Shown here: one piece after another, positions 51,773 through 63,605 of the stretch
Layout of the letters: each line of letters starts with the position of its first letter
Position numbering within the stretch: the first letter of the stretch is position 1
NCBI RefSeq assembly: GCF_020745735.1
Contig: NC_083442.1
Span: 8,620,576-8,684,575, forward strand
Direction: 5' to 3'
Length of the DNA: 64,000 bases
Source of the DNA: Hemiscyllium ocellatum
Lineage: Eukaryota
The notes under the pieces: model-generated
Seen by the model: the letters and a program-made list of their open reading frames with translations, nothing else
Told to the model about the DNA's origin: nothing
Database searches by the model: none
Program-made: the position numbers and the translations under genes

Positions 51773-52164
51773 TTATTGACATGAATTAACAGTGTCCATC
51801 AGTGCAAGTGAAATGTTTACAAAACTCGGTTTACCACTGGACTTATCGACTGTTCTGTTGATGATCTTCAACGGAATCGCTTCATGTCCCACCACACAGG
51901 AGTAAGAAGCACCGCTGGCCCACTCCTCCGCTGTAATGCATAACAGACTGTACATGAAAAAGGAGGTGTTTTCGTTCTCCACCATCACCTCGGTGTTCTT
52001 GTAGTTACTGGGATTCACCAGCTTGTCATTGTTTGTCCACTTGACGAAGATCTCTCGGGGGGAGAAACCTCTCACTAAACAGGTGAGGGAGAGAAACCTC
52101 TGAGCGGAGATTTCTTCTGTCGGTGGTAGGAAGACAGACACTGATGGCTCCAGCGGATTAATCA
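51773..52164 (-). CDS. IGHM: IgM heavy chain exon CH4 plus secretory tailpiece
   Basis: [15 protein letters not shown]...[19 protein letters not shown]...[23 protein letters not shown] followed by [20 protein letters not shown]-stop. The tailpiece has an N-glycan sequon (NIS) and the penultimate Cys. Acceptor ctctgcag|TG. Confidence 0.96.
51829..51836 (-). promoter_or_regulatory. Internal CH4 splice donor for membrane IgM
   Basis: TCC AGT G|GTAAAC at the SS/GKPS junction; splicing to TM1 gives in-frame DKSS-DSIDR, the known arrangement for shark and tetrapod mu chains. Confidence 0.85.
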
Positions 52165-52615
52165 CTGCAGAGTATTTGAGACAAATATAAATCAACTATA
52201 AAAATCCAGAATCAACATCGCAATTTCACTAAATATTAAAATACACCATTTTTAATTTGGGATTTATTCACTTTCATTTTCTAAAGGAGCAGAATGGTAC
52301 ACATTCTGTTCAGTAAAAGAAATGAGAAGTTTAGTTTGAAAGTTGCCTCCATGTTTCCAGCCCACAACGAGGACATTCTGTTCATTTATCATTGCTGATG
52401 GTGATGTCACAACCTAGGCTTCTTCCCAACTTATCTGACTTAATCAAAATACTTAATCCTTTGGTCAGTCTTCTTCTTAATCTGCTACTGAGCTATCCGG
52501 CCCTCAGATGCATCATTAATGCTCCAAACAGTGTTTGTTCATTACCAATCAAAGCCTGCCATTGATATAACTGGATTACCCATGGGATCCTTTGTGTTTT
52601 AATCTCACCACTCAC

Positions 52616-52921
52616 CTTTCTCCTTGTGGATAGAGTCTCTCATCGGAGTCGGTAGATTCTGATGGTACACCACACATTCAAAAGTAACACCACTCAGCCA
52701 GGCTTCAGTAGAAATGTCTAATTTGCTGATCACGCTGTCGGGATTCTGTCCAGGCTGTTCAGCAATCTCTGATTTCAGAGGCTTCTTTTCTTGTTTCCAG
52801 GTGATGCTGACTCCAGAAGGAACATTGGACACAACACATGTTAACGTCACCGTCGCCTCCAGTAAGACTTGTTCTACTGGTGGTGGGAGGATTTTAACGG
52901 TGTTAGCGCGGCACTCGGTAT
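52616..52921 (-). CDS. IGHM: IgM heavy chain constant exon CH3 (Cmu3)
   Basis: [33 protein letters not shown]...ITWKQE...[30 protein letters not shown]. Acceptor tttcataaaag|AT, donor AAAG|gtgagt; 306 nt. Confidence 0.95.
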
Positions 52922-54159
52922 CTTTTATGAAACAAAAATCAAAGTCAATGAAAAATGCCTCTTTATGATACAAACACCCAATCTTCAGATTACTTCTTCA
53001 CAGAGTGAAGACACCACATTCAAAATGGCAACTCTAACCATTGCTGAAACGATGTTTACTATTGTTGATGTATTTTGATTTGTGAAAGCATTTGTGATTA
53101 CCTATGACATACCCTGTGAAATTATTCCTAAAGAACACTGGTGTTGTAACAAGTGAAACCATGAAAAAAGTAAAGTAATCGAAGATACCATAATGTAACC
53201 CATGGAATTACCTTTCTTTCAGAGTTTGTCTCTCACTTAAGGTCATCTACTGATAGTAATATGAATATAATGAGTTCATTTCTATGTTCATAACCCTTAC
53301 ATGCAAATGCTGCTGGTCACGACTGCCAAACCAAATCCCAAATTTTGGATAAATTGTAATAAATAATAATTATTCTCTTTGCAGAATTCTAAAGTGTAAC
53401 GGGAGTGGTGAACAGCCATGGAAATTCTGTTCATTATATTAAAGTGATTGAAAATACTTTGTGTTATTGGTGTGATGTCATTCTCTAATTTATGCCATTG
53501 TTCCTCGTGGGCTGAGTTTGGAGTAGATCTAAAAACAAGACACTGAGTACAGCATTGGATATCGAGAAGAACGCCCATCCCCTTAAGCCCTTCCCTCCAT
53601 TCAGTTACTTCATGACTGGTCTGTACTTTCACTTTATTTACCAAACTGCATTTTTTAATTTCTTCATAGAACAGAGGGAACAAAACAAGCAAACACATCT
53701 TAAGTTAATCTACAAATGCAATGGAAATGGGCAATAGTTTTATAGACATCCATTACTTACTGTGTAAACATCGCCACCCCCAAACCAGGCTAAATCAGCC
53801 TGTCTCAAATTCCTAGTTCATTCATCCCTATTGTAGCATTTCCACCAAAATTTATTCTCCTGCCTCATCCACTAATTACAGAGAGCTCAGTGAGATCACA
53901 TTTATCCTAGTTCATCAAATGTGATACCCACTTGGTCTGTGGCTTGATCCCATAAATAAAGTTAAAGAGCTCAGTACCAGATAAAAATTGGTATCGTACA
54001 ATATCCAAGGCCAACAGGTCATTCCTGAGCAGGGAATAAAGCATTGGATGCAGTTTGATTTATTTTCAAGTAAGGGTCACTGCAAATTTTAACCATGTCA
54101 TTTTGAGACCACAACATCATAAGATAGAGGATCAGAATAAGGCTGTTCAGCCAATCCAG

Positions 54160-54360
54160 AGTGTAGATCAGAGTGATGCTGGAAAAGCACAGCAGGTCAG
54201 ACAACATCCGAGGAGCAGGAAAATCAACGTTTTGGGCTAAAGTCTTTTTGCCTGAAACGTCGATTTTCCTGCTCCTCGGATACTGCCTGATCTGCTGTGC
54301 TTTTCCAGCACCACTTTGATCTGCACTCTGATTTCCAGCAGCTGCAGTCCTCACTTTTTC
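54160..54360. mobile_element. Penelope-derived hairpin in the CH2-CH3 intron
   Basis: Inverted GTGATGCTGGAAAAGCACAGCAG / CTGCTGTGCTTTTCCAGCACCAC arms. Confidence 0.75.
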
Positions 54361-54364
54361 CTGT

Positions 54365-54720
54365 TTGGCCAATCCAGTCTGATCCCCCATTCAATCATGG
54401 ATAATATGTTTCTCAACCCCATTCTCCTGCCTTCTCCCCGGACTAAGCAAGAGCTGATCTTTCTCTGTCTTGAATACACACAATGGCCTGGCCTCCACAG
54501 CCCTCTGCAGCAACAATTTCCACAGATTTATCACCCTCTGGCTGAAGAAATTCCTCCCCATCTCAGTTCTAAACGGTGCCCCTTTGACCCTGAGACTGTG
54601 CTCTTGGGTCCCAGTCTCGCCTACCAGTCAAAACATCTATTCCATGTTCACTCGACCTCAGTCTGTCAGTATTTTCTATGTTTCAATCAGATATCTCTCC
54701 AATATCCTCCCCCCACTCCC
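54365..54720 (-). mobile_element. Old CR1/L2 3' tail
   Basis: CCATTCAATCATGG...CCCCATTCTCCTGCCTTCTCCCC...GAAGAAATTCCTCCCCATCTCAG. Confidence 0.6.
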
Positions 54721-55040
54721 AAACTTATCCTTGAAGCCATTACCAGGCAAGGGTTCAGCGCTCTGAATGCCTCTCTCGGCATGGTCAGGCAACAAACTAT
54801 TTAACAAAGCTCACTGTCTATATAACAATCTTCAACAGAGAGAAAACATGCTTTTCTGATTTGCCAAAATGTTGAATTATGAGCAGTGCTAATGTATCAC
54901 TCAAGCTGAAATAAGAGACATGTGGCACATTGTAAAATGAGAAGCTATATAGTGCTGTTTTCTAAGCCTGATAAATTAATGTGTTTGATTCACATCCGAG
55001 TTCAGAATGATTTGTAGCTCTCTCAGTATGTGTCTCTTAC

Positions 55041-55352
55041 CCTGGAGAGCGGTGATGTTTTTACTTTGAATGTTCCCTCCATGATTCACCTGGCATGTAT
55101 AGACTGCGCTGTTGAACCATTCACCATAAGGGACCATCAGCCGACTCGTCACCGAGAAGTTCCCGTTTGTGTCACACACAGGAGACATGAAGAAGCCAGA
55201 ATCTAAGGGTTGGCCATTTTTCAACCAACTCACGGAGATAGACTTCGAATGGAAATCGATGATTGAACAGACGACGGTTGCAAACTTGCTGCTTGCGATT
55301 TCTTCGCTGGAGCTCACAGTTAGGAGAAGAGTTGGTGGGAGAGGACCTGGAC
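55041..55352 (-). CDS. IGHM: IgM heavy chain constant exon CH2 (Cmu2)
   Basis: [35 protein letters not shown]...VSWLKNG...SPVC...YTCQVNH...NITALQ. Acceptor tttcctaaag|GT, donor CAGG|gtaaga; 312 nt, phase 1/1. Confidence 0.95.
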
Positions 55353-55914
55353 CTTTAGGAAACACATCGTATACATTATCTGACGAATTTCATAACAAAG
55401 ACAATCAGTTCGTATATATCAAGGTTTCTTGTTGTTAATGTATATTACAAGAATCGTAATTGTGCAGAGTGTTGAAGAAGCTGGGATCCACACAGAAAGA
55501 TCATCAGAAGATTGTGAAGGACTAAAATTAGAGGACACAGCAAGGGAGTCCAGGAGGCATAGACACTGTAGGCCGGTTAAATCAGAAGGGAGATAGCAAC
55601 GTTGGATGGTATTCGTTTTCATGAAAGAGTCTGATGAACAAGGCAGATTAATGACCGGCATAAATGAGGAAATGATGCGGTTGCTATCACGGAGACATAT
55701 TGAGAGTGGGGCAGGAGTGGCTATTCAATATTTCAGGATTTAGTACCTTCAGGTGAGACAGGGAAAGATGGAAAAGGATGGGGGCAGGGGTGTGCGGTAC
55801 AGAATGTTGCTTCTGTCACAATTCTGACAAGAGTATTTTCAGCTGGAAAGAGAAACGAAATCATGGATACCTCCTCGAACGAAGGCAAATGGACAGTACT
55901 TCAAAACCAAAATA

Positions 55915-58900
55915 CAGCAAACGTGAGACAGTGACTCACGTTTGGTATGTTGCCTCCCAGGTGCAAGGGTACGTGATGTCACTGATCGTGTTTTCCGGGT
56001 CCTTAAGGGGGAGGGGGAGCAGCCCCAGATCGTGGTCCACGTTGGCACCAACGATATAGGTAGGAAGAGGGGTGAGGATGTCAGACAGGCTTTCAGGGAG
56101 CTAGGTTGGAAGCTCAGAGTTAGAACAAACAGAGTTGTAGTCTCTGGTTTGTTACCCGTGCCACGTGATAGAGAGTCGAGGAATAGGGAAAGAGAGCAGT
56201 TGAATGCGTGGCTACAGGGATGGTGCAGGAGGGAGGGATTCCGGTTTCTGGACAACTGGGGTTCTTTCTGGGGAAGGTGGGACCTCTATAAAAAGGATGG
56301 TCTACACCTGAACCTGAGGGGCACCAGTATCCTTGGGGGGAGGTTTGCTAGTGCTCTTTGGGAGGGTTTAAACTAACTCCGCCGGGGCATGGGAACCTGG
56401 ACTGTAGCTTTAGGGTACAGGAACTTGAGAGTAGGGAGGTTATGAATAATGCAGCGATCTCGAAGGAGGGTGCCTGTAAACAGAAGGGTGGATTGAAGTG
56501 TGTATACTTCAATGCCAGAAGTATAAGAAATAAGGTAGGTGAACTTGCAGCGTGGGTTGGTACCTGGGACTTCGATGTTGTGGCCATTACAGAGACGTGG
56601 GTAGAACAGGGACAAGAATGGCTGTTGCAGGTTCCAGGGTTTAAATGTTTTAGTAGGATCAGACATGGGGGTAAAAAAGGGGGAGGTGTGGCATTACTTG
56701 TCAAAGATAGTATTACAGCAGTGGAATGGACGATGGAAGAGGACTTGCCATCTGAGGTAGTTTGGGCTGAGGTTAGAAATAGGAAAGGTGAGGTCACCCT
56801 GTTAGGTGTTTTCTACAGGCCTCCTAATAGTCCTAGAGAAGTAGAGGATAATATTGCGAGGATGATTCAGGAAAAGAGTGAAGGTAGCAGGGTGGTTGTT
56901 ATGGGGGACTTTAACTTCCCAGATATTGACTGGGAGAGCTATAGCTCGAGTTCATTAGATGGGTCGGTGTTTGTCCAATGTGTGCAGGAGGGTTTCCTGA
57001 CACAATATGTAGACAGGCCAACAAGAGGTGAGGCTATACTGGATTTGGTTCTAGGTAATGAACCAGGCCAGGTGTTAGACTTGGAGGTAGGTGAGCACTT
57101 CGGGGACAGTGACCACAACTCGGTGACTTTTACTTTAGTGATGGAGAGGGATAAGTGTGCGCCGCAGGGCAAGAGTTATAGCTGGGGGCAGGGAAATTAT
57201 GATGCAGTGAGGCATGACTTAGGATGTGTGGATTGGAAAAACAGGCTTCAAGAGAAGAACACTAATGAGATGTGGGGATTGTTCAAGGAGCAGCTACTAC
57301 GTGTCCTCGATAAGTATGTACCAGTCAGGCATGGTGTAAAGGGCCTTGTGAGGCAGCCGTGGTTTAGTAAGAATTGGAATCCCTTATGAAAGGGAAGAAG
57401 GCGGCATATGTAAAGATGAGGCGTGAAGGTTCAGTTGGGGCGATAGAGAGTTATAAGGTAGCCAGGAAGAATCTAAAGAGAGAGCTAAGAGAAGCGAGAA
57501 GGGGACATGAAAAGTCTTTAGCTGGTAGGATTAGGGAAAACCCAAAGGCTTTCTATAGGTATGTCAGGAATAAAAGGATGACTAGGGTAGGTATCGGCCC
57601 AGTCAAGGATAGTAGTGGGAAGTTGTGTGTGGAGGTGGAGGAGATTGGAGAGACACTAAATCAATACTTTTCATCAGTATTCACTCAGGAACAGGACACT
57701 GTTGCTGACGTGAATATGGAGTCACAAATGATTAGAATGGATGGCCTGGAAATATGCAGGGAAGAGGTTCTGGGAATATTGGAGAGGATGAAAATAGATA
57801 AGTCTCCTGGGCCTGATGGCATTTACCCTAGGATCCTATGGGAAGCTAGGGAGGAGATAGCAGAGCCATTGGCCTGGATTTTTATGTCGTCATTGTCAAC
57901 GGGAATAGTACCAGAGGACTGGAGGATAGCGAATGTGGTCCCCTTGTTCAAGAAGGGGAGTAGGGATAGCCCTAGTAACTATAGGCCAGTGAGTCTGACT
58001 TCAGTGGTGGGCAAAGTCTTAGAGAGAATGGTAAGGGATAAGATTTATGAACATCTGGATAGGAATAACGTGATCAAGGATAGCCAGCATGGTTTTGTGA
58101 GGGCAGGTCGTGCCTCACAAACCTTATTGAGTTCTTTGAGAAGGTGACTAAGGAAGTGGACGAGGGTAAAGCAGTAGATGTTGTGTATATGGATTTTAGT
58201 AAGGCGTTCGATAAGGTTCCCCATGGTAGGCTAATGCTAAAACTACGGAGGTATGGCATTGAGGATACATTAGAGGTTTGGATTAGGAATTGGCTGGCTG
58301 GAAGGAGACAGAGGGTAGTAGTTGATGGACTAAGTTCATCTTGGAGTGCAATTACTAGCGGTGTACCACAAGGATCTGTTTTGGGACCATTGCTTTTTGT
58401 TAGCTTTAAATTAAGGGGTGGTAGGTATAGGACAGATGTTAGGGGTAGATTCTTTACACAGCGGGTTGTGAGTTCATGGAATGAACTGCCAGTAGCAGTG
58501 GTGAACTCTCCTTCTTTATGGTCATTTAAGCGGGCATTGGATAGGCATTTGGAAGTTATTGGGCTAGTGTAGGTTAGGTAGGATTCGGTCGGCGCAACAT
58601 CGAGGGCCGAAGGGCCTGTACTGCGCTGTATCTTTCTATGTTTTTAATTAGATTAGACTTACAGTGTGGAAACAGGCCCTTCGGCCCAACAAGTCCACAC
58701 CGACCCGCCGAAGCGAAACCCACCCATACCCCTACATTACCCCTTACCTAACACTACGGGCAATTTAGCATGGCCAATTCACCTCACCCGCACATCTTTG
58801 GACTGTGGGAGGAAACCGGAGCACCCGGAGGAAACCCACGCAGACACGGGGAGAACGTGCAAACTCCACACAGTCAGTCGCCTGAGTCGGGAATTGAACC

Positions 58901-58980
58901 AGGGTCTCAGGCGCTGTGAGGCAGCAGTGCTAACCACTGTGCCACCGTGCCGCCCACACGTGTTCTATGTTCTATGTTCT
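55915..58980 (+). mobile_element. Young CR1 LINE (ORF1 esterase C-terminus, ORF2 APE plus RT) in the CH1-CH2 intron, internally deleted
   Basis: CCLPGARVRDV...VVHVGTNDIG (SGNH-type ORF1); YFNARS...ITETW...MGDFN...ILDLV...DSDH (APE); NYRPVSLTS...DFSKAFDKV...PQGSVLGP (RT). About 0.7 kb including FADD is deleted at 58401; (TCTATGT)n tail. Confidence 0.93.
58648..58955 (-). mobile_element. Full-length V-SINE inserted in the CR1 3' microsatellite tail
   Basis: TCTATGT repeats lie on both sides of the SINE. Confidence 0.88.
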
Positions 58981-59189
58981 ATAACTACTGGGAGAGCATG
59001 ACAGACCTTACAATAGGTCCAAAAGAGCAAGTGCAGATACATGGGCAAATTTCAGAGAAACGTAAATTAAATAGGGGAATGAGAAAAGAGGTTTTTAACT
59101 TCCTCAGTATAGGATTGGATATTCATTTTGTCAAAAGTTTAGAGGGAGCAGAATTCTGAAAACGCCCCCAGGAGAATATTTTAACAAAG

Positions 59190-62100
59190 TATGTGTTTAA
59201 TACAGAGAATTTTAATCCAGACCTTGCAAGAGAGGGGTAAACCTGGACTTAACTTTAGAGAAGGAAGTCAACCCAGTGGGTAAAACATCAATGGACAGTG
59301 CAGACAGTGATCATAAATCTGTTGGATTCCAGATTGTTCTGGAAAGAGATAGAAATTGGCCCAAAGTTCTGAAGGGGGAAGGACAATGTTCATAAAATCA
59401 GTAATGATTTGACCAGAGTGGACTGGAAGCTGGCACTTAGTGGTAAATCTAAATCAAAGCAGTGTGACACCTTCAAGAAAGAAATAGGAAAAGCACAGGG
59501 AGGACATTTCCCATGAAGCCACTGCGTGGGACCAAGAATGCAGCGGGCTCTAGACAACAAACAGACCATGAGAAGAGCAAAAGGGGCCATGAGAAAATAA
59601 TAGCAGTCAAAATAAGGAAAATATTTTAAAAAGACACAGGCTCATTCATAAAAGAATAATTTGGGAAACAGTAATGCCCATTAAGTGTTATTATTGGAGT
59701 GGAGCCAGAGGATTAGGCTGCGGTCGAAATGAATGTGTTGTGTCAGTGTCCACTAGTCAGAGGGACAATGTGGGTATAGAAATCATGGAGGAGTGTTGTG
59801 AAGTACTTTCAGAATTAGGACACATGATGTGATGTTCTGTGTTGTCTTGCTGGATAAAAAGTGGTTATATTTCCAGGGCAGATGAAATATATATCAAGCT
59901 GTTGAGCGATGCAAAGGATGAAATAGTTGGTTCACTGACAATAATTTAGAATTCCTGTCTGGCCACAGCAGTTGTGCCAAGTGAGTGTAGATCAGCCAAC
60001 ATTGCACTGTTATGCAGGATGAAGGAAGAGATAAACAATGAAAACACAGATCTGTCAAACTAGTCTCAGTGGTATGGAAACTATTGAGAAGCGGATTAGT
60101 CTTCATTTAGAAGATCAATCAACAATTTTCAGTACAGTTTTATTGAGGGGAAGTCATGTCCAATAATTTGTTGGTAGTTTTCAGAGAGATAACTCAATGT
60201 CCAGATGATAGCAATAATCAGAGCCAATGGGATCCGAGTTAATCTGACAGATTGGATTCAGAACTGGCTGAGTGGTGGGAGCAGGGGATAATGGTCATTG
60301 GGTGTCTGCGTGACTGGAAATCTGCGTTTTGTGGTGTTCTGCAGGGATTGGTGCTAATTTCCTTGCTGTTTCTCTTATATACCAATGATTGAGACTAGAA
60401 TGTAGGAGGGTTAACCAGTAAATTCACAGATGAAAAGGAAAATTGCCATGTTGGTAAGTCATGAGCATAATAGCTTTAGATTGCGGGAGGATACACAAGG
60501 GTTGGTTATATGCGAAGAGAAGTTGCAAATGGAAATCATTCCGGAAAAGTGTAAGGTGATGTACTTCGGCAGAAGAAACTGCGAGGTATTACGTTTTGAA
60601 TGGTGGAACCCTGGAAAGGACTGAGGATCTTTGGTGTACATACCCACCGATCCCCTATAGTACTGTGTCGTCTGGATAAAGAGGCCAAGAAGGTAGGGAG
60701 GATATTTGCTTTTATTAGCCGAGACATTGACAATGAAGAGTAGGGAGCTGATACTGGAACTTACTGAAGCGTTGTGTGTATGTTATCGAAGGATCTACAG
60801 TGTTATACGTTGGGTGCTCTTTGCTGTCCTGGAGATTTGTGCTGTTTCAGTGACAACGTTTACAAGAAAATCTAAGGTAGGGATCATGTACAGTGCTGGG
60901 TCCTCTACTTTTTGGCATTTACATAAATGATTTGGATGTCAGCATATGAGGTACATTTAGTACGTTTGCAGATGACACCAAAATTGGTGGTGTAGTGAAC
61001 AGCGAAGAGGGTTACCTCAGATTACAAAAGGATCTTGACCAGATGTGCTAATGGGCTGAGAAATGGCTGATGGAGTTTAATTCAGATAAATGTGAGGTGC
61101 TGCATTTTGGGAAAGCAAATCTTAGCAGGACTTATATACTCCTAGGGAGTGTTGCTGAACAAAGAGACCTTGGAGTGCAGGTTAATAGCTCCTTGAAAGT
61201 GGAGTTGCAGGTAGATAGGATAGTGAAGAAGGCATTTGGTATGCTTTCCTTTACTGGTCAGAGTATTGAGTACAGGAGTTGGAAGATCATATTGCGGTTG
61301 TACAGGACATTGGTTCGGCCACTGTTGGAATATTGCGTGCAATTCTGGTCTCCTTCCTATCGGAAAGATGTTGTGAAATTTGAAAGGGTTCAGAAAAGAT
61401 TGACAAGGATGTTGCCAGGGTTGAAGGATTTGAGCTAAAGGGAGTGGATGAACAGGCTGGGGCTGTTTTCCCTGGAGTGTCAGAGACTGAGGGGTGACCT
61501 TATGGAGGTTTACAAAATTATGAGGGGAATGGATAGAGTAAATAGGCAAAGTCTTTTCCCTGGGTTGGTGGAGTCCAGAACTAGAGGGCATAGGTTTATG
61601 GTGAGAGGGGAAAGATAGAAAAGAGACCTAAGGGACACCTTTTTCACGCAGAGGGTGGTACGTGTATGGAATGAGCTGCCAGAGGAATTGATGGAGGCTG
61701 GTACAATTGCAATATTTAAGAGGCATTTGGATGGGTATATGAATAGGGAGGGTTTGGAGGGATATGGGCCGGGTGCTGGCAGGTGGGACTAGATTGGGTT
61801 GGGATATTCGGTTGGCATGGACGGGTTGGACTGAAGGGTCTGTTTTCATGCTGAACATCTCTATGACTCTATGAATGTGATCACACTGAAGGCAGCATTG
61901 ATGAGATTTGCCAGGATTTTGTCTGGGTTGGAGGGTTTTAGTTATGAAACTAGATTAGATAGGAGGGGGTTTTCCTTGGAGCAGAGGAGAATTAGGGAGA
62001 AAATTATCTTGGTGTCTGGAATTATTTTAGGCATTGACAGGGTAAACTGGACAAAACCTTTCCCCTTGATGGAGAGATCAATGCCTCAGGAGCACAGGAT

Positions 62101-62370
62101 GAAGGTAAGGCCATGAGGTTTACAGTGGATCTCGGGGTAAACAAAATCAAATAGAAGGTGGTGTGAGTCTGGAGCTCAGTGCCTATAAGTCATGTAGAGA
62201 CTGAGCCCCTCATAGTATGTATGAAGTATTTAGATGCATACTTGCAAAGGCAAGTCACAGAAGGCAATGGATCAAGTGCTGGCACATGAGATTGGAATAG
62301 TTAGGTGGCTATTCTTGATAGGTGTGGACTGGATGGACCAAAGGGTCTTTTTCCTGTGCTGATTCTGTGA
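59190..62370 (+). mobile_element. Stack of older CR1/L2 fragments
   Basis: Decayed APE/RT remnants at 59.2-60.8 kb, a recognisable RT C-terminus with (CTATGA)n tail at 60.9-61.87 kb, and another decayed tail at 61.9-62.36 kb. Confidence 0.75.
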
Positions 62371-62443
62371 AAACTGTTATAAATAATGCCTTATTCATAT
62401 TAATCACAGATGCTCTGTTTATCTCAGTTCCCGCAACACTTAC

Positions 62444-62749
62444 CAGCACATGGCATTTCTTTGCTCATGTGTGACCCACTGTATTGAACTTCACAGTAGA
62501 TTTTGCTGGGGCAATTTACCGCTGACCCAGGCAGGGTTAACTGGCTGCTCAGTGTGTAGGTTCCCTTCTTGTTTCTCATTGATCGGTAAGTCTTCAATCC
62601 AGTCGTGATCAGCTCCCCACCTTTCTTCCAGGTTACCTTGGTGATGAAAGGGGTATAGTCCATCGCCAAACAACCAAAGACCATAGAATCGGTGTTGTGC
62701 TCCCGACAGGAGGAGACCAAGCCATAAAGCGTGGGGGGAGACGGGGTCT
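62444..62749 (-). CDS. IGHM: IgM heavy chain constant exon CH1 (Cmu1)
   Basis: Translates (E)[14 protein letters not shown]...FGCLAMDY...VTWKK...[12 protein letters not shown]...IYCEV...MPCA, a C1-set Ig domain closely resembling shark IgM CH1 as I recall it. Acceptor ctattgtag|AG, donor GCTG|gtaagt; 306 nt, phase 1 at both ends. Confidence 0.95.
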
Positions 62750-63059
62750 CTACAATAGAATGACCAATTGAGCATGTTACTTTCTGTTCATTTGACCTTA
62801 TCAAATGTATCCTCATCTGTAAACGTTTGCCAGTATGCTCCCGTTGAAGTTTACAGTATAACTGGAGTTTATTTTTGTTTCCTACTAATTGCTGGTAGGA
62901 AACAGGTCCTCTACCTTGACCGTTGCCATAATTTAGGAAGAAGAACATCCTGATCCCACCCCAGTATCTATTTGAAGTGTCAACTGACACTTTCACTGGA
63001 TTGGAAGTGAAGAGCAGAGAGATTTCAGAAAATACAAACCAAGGATATGCAGATTCATC

Positions 63060-63605
63060 GAAATTCTACAGTGTGTGCAAACAGGCCATTTGGCCCAACA
63101 AGTCCACACCCACTCTCTGAAAGATAACGCATCCAGACCCATTCCATACCTTAGATTAGATTAATTAGATTACTTACAGTGTGGAAACAGGGCCTTCGGC
63201 CCAACAAGTCCATACCGACCCACTGAAGTGCAACCCACCCAGACCCATTCCCCTTCATTTACCTCAGCCATTTATCCCTTCACCTAACACAACGGGCAAT
63301 TTAGCATGGTCAACTCATCTAACCTGCACATTTTTGGCTTGTAGGAAGAAACCGGAACACCTGGAGGAAACCCACACAGACACAGGGAGAACACTTAACC
63401 CTGACTAATGCACCTAACCTCCCAATCCCTGAACACAACATGGCCAATTCACCCAGCCTGCACATCTTTGGACCGTGGGAACAAACCCATACAGACACGG
63501 GGAGGAAGTGCAAATTCCACACAGACAGTCACCCGAGGCTGGAATCGAACCCAAGTCCCTAGCACTGTGAGGCAGCAATGCTAACCACGGAACCAGTGTG
63601 CCCCA
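63060..63605 (-). mobile_element. Nested and adjacent V-SINE copies in the J-C intron
   Basis: Tail fragment at 63060-63130, SINE 3' part at 63150-63390 and an older SINE 5' part at 63400-63605. Confidence 0.8.

Noticed and set aside
12929-53308. Octamer motifs ATGCAAAT/ATTTGCAT at 12929, 33752, 37272, 50474 and 53301
   Set aside because: A handful of hits is expected by chance in 64 kb of AT-rich DNA; they are not clustered or next to a V leader.
48337-62749. IgNAR or IgW identity for the Ig exons
   Set aside because: Four C domains, the CH1 motifs CLAMDY and [12 protein letters not shown], and the [18 protein letters not shown] tailpiece match shark IgM; IgNAR and IgW have different domain numbers and sequences.
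62750-62996. N-terminal extensions of the ORF-track calls for CH1-CH4 and TM1
   Set aside because: They run through intron sequence upstream of clear splice acceptors; the ATGs are not real starts.
1222-63605. tRNA genes or a CRISPR-like repeat array
   Set aside because: The recurring units are dispersed tRNA-derived SINEs with LINE-like tails, without cloverleaf structure or regular repeat-spacer periodicity; the DNA is vertebrate.
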